Of a DNA stretch of 64,000 nucleotides, positions 57,905 to 64,000 are shown one piece after another. A program made the translations under genes and the position numbers. The first letter of the stretch is position 1; the number at the start of each line of letters is the position of its first letter. This DNA is from Anaerolineales bacterium (GTDB lineage: Bacteria > Chloroflexota > Anaerolineae > Anaerolineales > RBG-16-64-43). The stretch is taken from the NCBI GenBank assembly GCA_016928575.1, contig JAFGKK010000002.1, forward strand, positions 65,519-129,518, read 5' to 3'. Under the pieces are notes generated by a model. The model had not been told where the DNA came from and did no database searches. It saw only the letters and a program-made list of their open reading frames with translations.

Positions 57905-58917
57905 TCTCCGCCTCCTCCGCCCTTTTCCTTTTCCTTCCGCATCGACTCCGCCTGCAGGCCCGTCACGCGCACGAACACCTCTTCCAGCGAAGGGTGCAGG
58001 CGGCGGGCCTCGGTCACATCCAGCCCGCGCTCCGCCAGGTAGTCCACCAGCGGGGCCAGCGGAATGGCGGCCGCGGCTTCGATGCGCACTCCGCCGTCGC
58101 CGTCGGCCGTGACGCCGTATTCCGGAAACGCCTCCGCCAGCCGCGCGCAGAGCGCACCGTCCGCTCCCGGGACGGTCAGAACCAGCAGGTGCTTGTTCTG
58201 CAGAGGCTGGAGCAGGCGCGGCACGCTGTCCTCGAGGACGATCCGGCCGCCGACGAGGAAGGCGATCCGGTCGCACAGCCGTTCCGCTTCTTCGATATAG
58301 TGGGTGGTCAGGAAAACGGTCGTCCCGTCCCTGCGCAGGTCCCGGATCCGCCCGCGGATCCGGCGGGCGCTGGCGACGTCGATCCCGGTGGTGGGCTCGT
58401 CGAGGAAGAGTATGGACGGGCGGTGGATCAGCCCGGCGGCGATCGTCAGTTTGCGCCGCATCCCCCGCGAGTAGCCGGCGACCTTGCGCCCGGCCGCCCC
58501 GGCCAGGTCGAAGGCCTCAAGCAGTCCGCGCGCACCCGTCCGGCGCTCTTCTTTGCGCATCCCGTAGAGGGCGGCGCAGAAGCACAGGTTCTCGAAGCCG
58601 CTGAGCTCCGGGTAGAGGTTGCTCTCGTCGGGGACGACGCCGATCAGGTGCTGGGCCGCCTTCGGGTCGCGGCTGCAATCCAATCCGGCGATGCGGACCG
58701 TGCCCGAATCCGGGCGGGCCAGGCCGGTGAGGATGTTGATCGTCGTGGTCTTGCCGGCCCCGTTCGGCCCCAGCAAACCGAAGATCTCCCCGCGGTTGAC
58801 CTGGAAGGAGATGCCGTCGACCGCGGTGATTTGTGCGAACCGCTTGACCAGCCCCGAAACGGAGATAATCGGTTCGTTTGCGGCCGGCGGAGGCGCGGCG
58901 TTCCTGCCGGCGGTCAT
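57901..58917 (-). CDS. ABC transporter ATP-binding protein
   Basis: Walker A GPNGAGKTTT, Q-loop, signature YSRGMRRKL, Walker B ILFLDEPTTGID and H-loop TTHY. The start is moved to ATG 58917. Confidence 0.88.
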   Translation of the reverse strand: MTAGRNAAPPPAANEPIISVSGLVKRFAQITAVDGISFQVNRGEIFGLLGPNGAGKTTTINILTGLARPDSGTVRIAGLDCSRDPKAAQHLIGVVPDESNLYPELSGFENLCFCAALYGMRKEERRTGARGLLEAFDLAGAAGRKVAGYSRGMRRKLTIAAGLIHRPSILFLDEPTTGIDVASARRIRGRIRDLRRDGTTVFLTTHYIEEAERLCDRIAFLVGGRIVLEDSVPRLLQPLQNKHLLVLTVPGADGALCARLAEAFPEYGVTADGDGGVRIEAAAAIPLAPLVDYLAERGLDVTEARRLHPSLEEVFVRVTGLQAESMRKEKEKGGGGGE

Positions 58918-59116
58918 GTTTCCGTCTCCGCCGGCCGCGAGTCCGCGGCGGCCTCTTCCTTCCCGGCCCGTCCGCAGGGGCGGGGCGATGTTCCCGCAAA
59001 GCGGCGGCCGGCACGCGGCGCGCCGCCGCTCCGGTGACTGCGGCCGACGCATTTTCCTTCGGGCATGATGGATCCTCCTCAATACGCATGGATGGGATGG
59101 GCCGGCATCCGGCGGA

Positions 59117-59461
59117 TCACTTCTTTCCGCGGCGGTCCGGGCAGCCGCCCTTCCACGCCGCCGGCGACTTGGGCAGTCCCACCCGCTTCAGCCGCGCCGC
59201 GGCGCGGATCAGGCCGAGCAGCCTCGGGTCGGCCAGCCGGTAGTGGACGAAGCGGTTCTGCCGCCGGGCGCAGACGACCCCGGCCCGGCGCAAGGCCATC
59301 AATTGCTGGGAGATGTGGGATTGGGATCCGCCCAGCAGGGTTTGCAGCCGGTGGACGCAGATCTCCCGGTTGCCGATCGCCAGAAGGATCGCCAGCCGCG
59401 AGGGGTGGGAGATGGTTTTCAGGACCGAAGCAACCTGCCTCATGCCGCCGGAGGGCTTCAT
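59117..59461 (-). CDS. ArsR/SmtB-family transcriptional regulator
   Basis: ISHPSRLAILLAIGNREICVHRLQTLLGGSQSHISQQLMALRRAGVVCARRQNRFVHYRL is the ArsR winged-HTH core. Start is ATG 59461 or 59443. Confidence 0.8.
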   Translation of the reverse strand: MKPSGGMRQVASVLKTISHPSRLAILLAIGNREICVHRLQTLLGGSQSHISQQLMALRRAGVVCARRQNRFVHYRLADPRLLGLIRAAARLKRVGLPKSPAAWKGGCPDRRGKK

Positions 59462-59789
59462 GTCAGACACCGCGGAAACGCATCGGAATATATTTGGTTT
59501 TTCAAATGTATTATACCGCGGCACGGGAAAAACTAATCCGTGAAACCACCCGGCGTTCCCCATTCCCGCTTGCGCGGGGGCAAGGGCGCCGCGGCCGGCG
59601 CCTCGGTTCCGCCGAGCCGCCGGAACAAAAAAATGGTAGAATGCTGTCGTGCGTTGCGCGGCCAGCCCCCCTCTGGTCGCCGGCGCACATTTCTTATCGG
59701 CATCCGGCGGCGCCGTGAGAAAACCTTCACCGCGCCGGTCTTCCGCCGGCTGCCTCCCTTTTTTCCGGCGGGGATTTCCCGCTCTCTTT

Positions 59790-59896
59790 TTTATGATATC
59801 CTTCGCGCGATCCCAATGATCATCCTTCACGCCGTTTGGCTGCCCGAAACCGCCCGCTGCGGCGCTCGACTCGCGCTGTGGGCGGAAACCGGCCGG
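59790..59896 (+). repeat. Direct repeat copy 2 (promoter-proximal region and first 27 codons of the SNF2 helicase gene)
   Basis: See copy 1. This copy contains the functional ATG at 59816. Confidence 0.85.
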
Positions 59897-62890
59897 GGCG
59901 CGGGCGCGCCCCGCCGTGTCCGCGGAAAGGCGCATCCGTTCGCCGCGCCGGCCCGCGCCATCGAGGAGCTTCTTCCGGGCGCGTCCGCCGGGCCGAATGC
60001 CCGGGCGGGCAAGATCACGCTCCTGCTTCCTTCCTGCGGCCGCGTCCCTCAGCCCTCGCGGTCGCTCTTATGGGATGCCCCCGCATCCAAAAAAATCATT
60101 TTGCGCGAATGGGAAGTGCCGGCGCTGCTCTTCGAACCGGCCGCGGCGCCGATCGTCCTCACCGGCCTGGCCGCGCGGGAGGACGGAGGGCGGCGGACCG
60201 AGCCCGGCGCCGACGCGCGCTTCTGGCGCGCCGCCGCCCGCTTCGCGCTCGAACTGCTCGCCGGCCAGCGCTTCCGGCCCGTCCTATTAAAAGAAGACGG
60301 TCGGTGGTCCGCCCGCTGGCGGCCGATACTCGATTCGCCCGATGAGCAAGCCCGTCTGGAATCCCTCGCCGCGGCGATGCCCTCCGCCGCCCGTTGCGCG
60401 ATCCGCTCCGGGAAGGAGCCGCTTCCCGCGCGCGGACGGCGGGCGTTGCTCGCGGATTTCCTGGATGCGTCCGTCGATGCCTTCGTCCGCGTTACCGCAC
60501 ATCCGCCGCGTTTGAGTGCGGGCGTGCGCGCAACCCCCGCCGGGCGCTGGCTGGCCGCGCTTGCCGCGCCCGATTCCAATGCCGACCTGCCCGATGAATT
60601 CGTCGAAGACTACCGCGCCTGGGATAGGTTGGAGGAGCGGCGCGAGGGGGATTTCCGACTGTGCTTCCGGCTCGATCCGCCCGGGGCGAAAGAATCGGAC
60701 GGAATGACCGTTCCCGATCCCCGCGCCCGCGATTGGAAATTGCGCTACTTCCTCCAGGCCGGCGACGACGTCAGCCTGCTCGTGCCCGCGTCCGAGGTGT
60801 GGCGGGCGCGCGGGTCCGCCCTAAGGTTCCTCAACCGCCGCTTCGATGCGCCGCAGGAGCGGATGCTCGCCGGCTTGGGAAGCGCCGCCCGCGTCTTCCC
60901 GCCGATTGAATCCAGCCTGCGCGCGGCGCGGCCCGAAGCCTGCCGGCTCGACGCGCAATCCGCGTATTCCTTCATCCGCGAAACCGCTCTGCTCCTGCAA
61001 TCCTCCGGGTTCGGCGTGCTCCTGCCCGGCATCGGCGCGAAAGCCGGCCTGCGCCTCCGACTGCGGCCGGCCCGAAACGCGAAAGCGCCGGCGGGCGGAA
61101 CGGGCGGGCTCTCGATGGCGAATGTGATCGCCTTCGATTGGGAGCTGGCCCTCGGCGGGCAGGTCCTCTCGCGCGAAGAGTTCGAGCGGCTGGCCGAATT
61201 GAAAATCCCCCTGGTGCGGATCCGCGGTCAATGGGCCGAGGTGCGGCCGGACCTGCTGGAAAAGGCATCCGCATTTTTATCAGCCCGGGAGGAGGGCGGA
61301 GGGCTCTCGCTGGCCGACGCGCTGCGGACCGCCCTCGCGCCCGAGACGGCCGGGCTGGCGGTGGAAAGCGTGCAGGCCGAGGGCTGGCTGGCGGAATTGC
61401 TCGGCAGGCTCGGCGGCGGGGAGAAGATGGAGCCGCTGGCGGCGCCGGCCGGGTTCGCGGGGACTCTGCGGCCGTATCAATCCGCCGGGCTCTCGTGGCT
61501 GGCGTTCCTCGGCCGGTTCGGGCTCGGCGCCTGCCTGGCGGACGACATGGGCCTGGGGAAGACTCCCCAGGCGATCGCCTACCTGTTGCACCGGCGTTCC
61601 GGCGGCGGCCGCCGCCCGCCCGCGCTCGTCGTCTGCCCGACCTCGGTGGTGGGCAACTGGGAGCATGAGCTGGCCCGGTTCGCCCCCGGGCTGAAGGTTC
61701 TCGTCCACCATGGGACCGGACGCGGGCGCGAATCCTTCGCCCGCGAGGCGGCCGGCCGCGACGTTGTCGTCACCTCTTATGCGCTGTTGCACCGCGATTC
61801 CGCCCGAATGCGGGAAGTGGAATGGGGCGAAGTGATCCTCGACGAGGCGCAGAACATCAAGAACCCCGGCACCCGCCAGGCCGCGGCCGCGCGGGCTCTG
61901 CGCGCCGGGCACCGCCTGGCGCTCACCGGCACGCCGCTCGAAAACCGGCTCGCCGAATTGTGGAGCATCTTCCAGTTCCTCAACCCGGGCTGGCTTGGGT
62001 CGCAGGAATCCTTCCAGCGCAGTTTTGCCCGGCCGATCGAACGGATGGGGGATTCCGAATCCGCCCGGCGCCTGAGGCTGTTATCCTCTCCGTTCATCCT
62101 CCGCCGGGTCAAAACCGACCGCAGCATTATCTCCGACCTCCCGCCCAAGAACGAAATGAAGGTGTTCTGCAGCCTGACCCGCGAGCAGGCGACTCTCTAC
62201 CGGGCGGTGGTGGCGGATTCGCTCCGCGCGATCGAGGGCGCCGAGGGGATCGGCCGGAGGGGGGCGATCCTGGCCGCGCTGACCGCGATGAAGCAGGTGT
62301 GCAACCATCCGGCCCACTTCCTGGGCGACGGCAGCGCGCTCCCGGGCCGCTCCGGCAAGCTCGAGCGGTTAGTGGAGATGCTCGAGGAGGTTCTGGCGGT
62401 GGGGGAGCGGGCGCTGATCTTCACCCAGTTCGCCGAGATGGGCGGCCTGCTGCGGGCGCACCTGCAGGAAACGCTCGGCGCGGAAACGCTGTTCTTGTGC
62501 GGGGCGGTGCGGGCTGCGGAGCGGACGAAGATGATCGCGCGCTTCCAAGAGGATCCGCGCGGCCCGCCGCTGTTCGTCCTCTCGCTCAAGGCCGGCGGGA
62601 CGGGAGTCAACCTGACCCGCGCCAACCACGTGTTCCACTTCGACCGCTGGTGGAACCCGGCGGTGGAGAACCAGGCCACCGACCGGGCCTTCCGCATCGG
62701 CCAGAGCCGCGCGGTGCAGGTCCACAAGCTGATGTGCGCCGGCACGGTGGAGGAGCGGATCGACGAAATGATCGAGCGCAAACGGAAATTGGCGGATGAG
62801 ATCGTCGGCGCGGGCGAGGGTTGGATCACGGAGATGACGGCGGAACAACTGCGCGAGCTGTTCGTCCTGCGCGGCGGCGCGGCGGATTAA
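59816..62890 (+). CDS. SNF2/RAD54-family helicase (HelZ-like)
   Basis: Start at ATG 59816 (MIILHAVWL..). Helicase motif I LADDMGLGKT, motif II ILDEAQNIKN, motif III LTGTPLENRL, and motifs V/VI LKAGGTGVNLT..DRWWNPAVENQATDRAFRIGQ. Confidence 0.9.
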   Translation: MIILHAVWLPETARCGARLALWAETGRGAGAPRRVRGKAHPFAAPARAIEELLPGASAGPNARAGKITLLLPSCGRVPQPSRSLLWDAPASKKIILREWEVPALLFEPAAAPIVLTGLAAREDGGRRTEPGADARFWRAAARFALELLAGQRFRPVLLKEDGRWSARWRPILDSPDEQARLESLAAAMPSAARCAIRSGKEPLPARGRRALLADFLDASVDAFVRVTAHPPRLSAGVRATPAGRWLAALAAPDSNADLPDEFVEDYRAWDRLEERREGDFRLCFRLDPPGAKESDGMTVPDPRARDWKLRYFLQAGDDVSLLVPASEVWRARGSALRFLNRRFDAPQERMLAGLGSAARVFPPIESSLRAARPEACRLDAQSAYSFIRETALLLQSSGFGVLLPGIGAKAGLRLRLRPARNAKAPAGGTGGLSMANVIAFDWELALGGQVLSREEFERLAELKIPLVRIRGQWAEVRPDLLEKASAFLSAREEGGGLSLADALRTALAPETAGLAVESVQAEGWLAELLGRLGGGEKMEPLAAPAGFAGTLRPYQSAGLSWLAFLGRFGLGACLADDMGLGKTPQAIAYLLHRRSGGGRRPPALVVCPTSVVGNWEHELARFAPGLKVLVHHGTGRGRESFAREAAGRDVVVTSYALLHRDSARMREVEWGEVILDEAQNIKNPGTRQAAAARALRAGHRLALTGTPLENRLAELWSIFQFLNPGWLGSQESFQRSFARPIERMGDSESARRLRLLSSPFILRRVKTDRSIISDLPPKNEMKVFCSLTREQATLYRAVVADSLRAIEGAEGIGRRGAILAALTAMKQVCNHPAHFLGDGSALPGRSGKLERLVEMLEEVLAVGERALIFTQFAEMGGLLRAHLQETLGAETLFLCGAVRAAERTKMIARFQEDPRGPPLFVLSLKAGGTGVNLTRANHVFHFDRWWNPAVENQATDRAFRIGQSRAVQVHKLMCAGTVEERIDEMIERKRKLADEIVGAGEGWITEMTAEQLRELFVLRGGAAD

Positions 62891-62903
62891 CGGGAGGCGG
62901 CGG

Positions 62904-63806
62904 ATGGGCTATTGGAACTGGTACCCCAAACCGAAACGCCGGCGCCCGGCGGACGGCATCCGCGCCAAGACGGCGCGCGGGGAATTCGGCGCCACCTGGT
63001 GGGCGGGGCGGTGGATCGCGGCGCTCAAGCGGCTGATGGATCCGGCGCGGCTTTCGCGCGGGCGGAGCTACGCGCGCAGCGGCCAGGTGCTCAACATCGA
63101 CATCCGCCCCGGGCGCGTGGACGCCCGCGTGCAAGGGAGCCGCATGACCCCCTATACGGTGTCGATCCGGATCAAGCCGCTTTCCCCGCACGCTTGGAAC
63201 GGCGTCGTCAAGGCTATGGCTTCGCAGGCCGCGTTCGCCGCCAAATTGCTTTCCGGCGAGATGCCGCAGGATATCGAAAAGGCGTTCCGCAAGGCGGGGG
63301 CGAGCCTGTTCCCGGCCGCGCGCGGCGACTTGGATACCGAATGCTCGTGCCCGGATTGGGCCAACCCCTGCAAGCACATCGCCGCGGTTTACTTCCTGCT
63401 CGGCGAGCGCTTCGACGAGGATCCGTTCCTGCTCTTCCGCCTGCGCGGCCGCACGCGGGAGCAGATCCTGGCGGCCTTGCGCGCCGCCCGCGCGGCGGGC
63501 GGCTCTACCCGGCGCGCGGGCAAGCCCTCCGCGCGCAAGCCGCGCGCCGCGGCCGAAAAGCCCGAACCGCTCACGGCGGAAGCGTTTTGGGAGGCGGCGG
63601 CCGAACCGGACGGCCTGCATTTCCACGCCCAGGCCCCGGAGGTGGATGCCGCGCCGGTCAAACGGCTCGGCGAGCCGCCTTTCCGAATCGGGCCGGGCGG
63701 CCTGGCGGCCTGGATGGAGAGGGTTTACCGTTCCGTCACCGAAGAAGCGCTGAGGGCTGCGGGCGGCGGGGAGGAGCGTTCCGGCGGGCGCGCGGCCGGG
63801 GGCTGA
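62904..63806 (+). CDS. SWIM zinc-finger protein (SNF2-helicase partner)
   Basis: SWIM motif CSCPDWANPCKHIAAVYF. It begins 14 nt after the helicase stop. Confidence 0.8.
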   Translation: MGYWNWYPKPKRRRPADGIRAKTARGEFGATWWAGRWIAALKRLMDPARLSRGRSYARSGQVLNIDIRPGRVDARVQGSRMTPYTVSIRIKPLSPHAWNGVVKAMASQAAFAAKLLSGEMPQDIEKAFRKAGASLFPAARGDLDTECSCPDWANPCKHIAAVYFLLGERFDEDPFLLFRLRGRTREQILAALRAARAAGGSTRRAGKPSARKPRAAAEKPEPLTAEAFWEAAAEPDGLHFHAQAPEVDAAPVKRLGEPPFRIGPGGLAAWMERVYRSVTEEALRAAGGGEERSGGRAAGG

Positions 63807-64000
63807 TCCGGCGGGCGGGGGCCGGGGCGCTCTGCGGTTGATCCTACCTCGCAGGCGCCACGAACGCCGTCACCGCATCGGTCCGGGTCGTGCCCGTTCC
63901 GGCGGCCGTGGGGCTGCCGGCATTCGCATAAGGATTATGGTGATTAGATAATCCATTTATATTACCTTTTCATTTCCCTCAAAATGAACGATATAACATT

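Noticed and set aside
59540-59815. N-terminal 92-codon extension of the SNF2 helicase ORF
   Set aside because: The extension is Arg/Gly/Pro-rich and overlaps the ArsR promoter region. The conserved MIILHAVWL start at ATG 59816 matches the duplicated remnant and typical homologue N-termini.

Overview
This is a 64-kb GC-rich bacterial chromosomal segment. The gene content suggests a monoderm, possibly Chloroflexota- or Actinomycetota-like lineage: an RNA polymerase beta' subunit with a large insertion between conserved regions A and B, WXG100-type proteins, Hanks kinases, and an SNF2 helicase + SWIM pair. Taxonomy cannot be proven from the window. From 1 to 22 kb the content is mostly housekeeping: partial Hsp20, Lon, a receiver-only regulator, a PHP-domain protein, a GT-C glycosyltransferase, a DUF4349-like lipoprotein, an MFS transporter, a stand-alone rpoC with its own near-consensus promoter, formimidoyltransferase, tRNA-Ser(GGA), PGI/PMI and rsmI. 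Two small AT-richer insertions interrupt this part. From ~22 to 55.5 kb lies a compositionally mosaic accessory region. It holds a WXG100/LXG-like toxin locus, an OmpR/HK pair with two paralogous small membrane proteins, and a decayed transposase. It also holds a translationally coupled three-gene module: a transmembrane STAND-ATPase/TPR/Asp-box-propeller receptor, an ATPase-less paralogue, and a Hanks-kinase-STAND fusion. Next comes a defence island in which hsdM, a RAYT/IS200-like Y1 transposase homologue, hsdS, darT (two in-frame TGA), darG and hsdR are chained by five consecutive 4-nt start/stop overlaps. That island continues with DUF3800 (in-frame TAA), a membrane NERD protein, a Zn-ribbon protein and a very AT-rich NUDIX + unknown-protein cassette. 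From 55.5 to 64 kb the sequence returns to GC-rich DNA: rnk, an ArsR-ABC exporter cassette, and the SNF2 helicase + SWIM protein. A recurrent theme is that three accessory segments are bracketed by direct repeats that are copies of the end of an adjacent gene. The best candidates for something undescribed are the STAND/propeller/kinase module (29.7-38.5 kb), the RAYT embedded in the type I R-M/DarTG operon, and the NUDIX two-gene cassette. All calls rest on reading the translated ORFs and on manual alignment. No database search, GC computation or structure prediction was possible.
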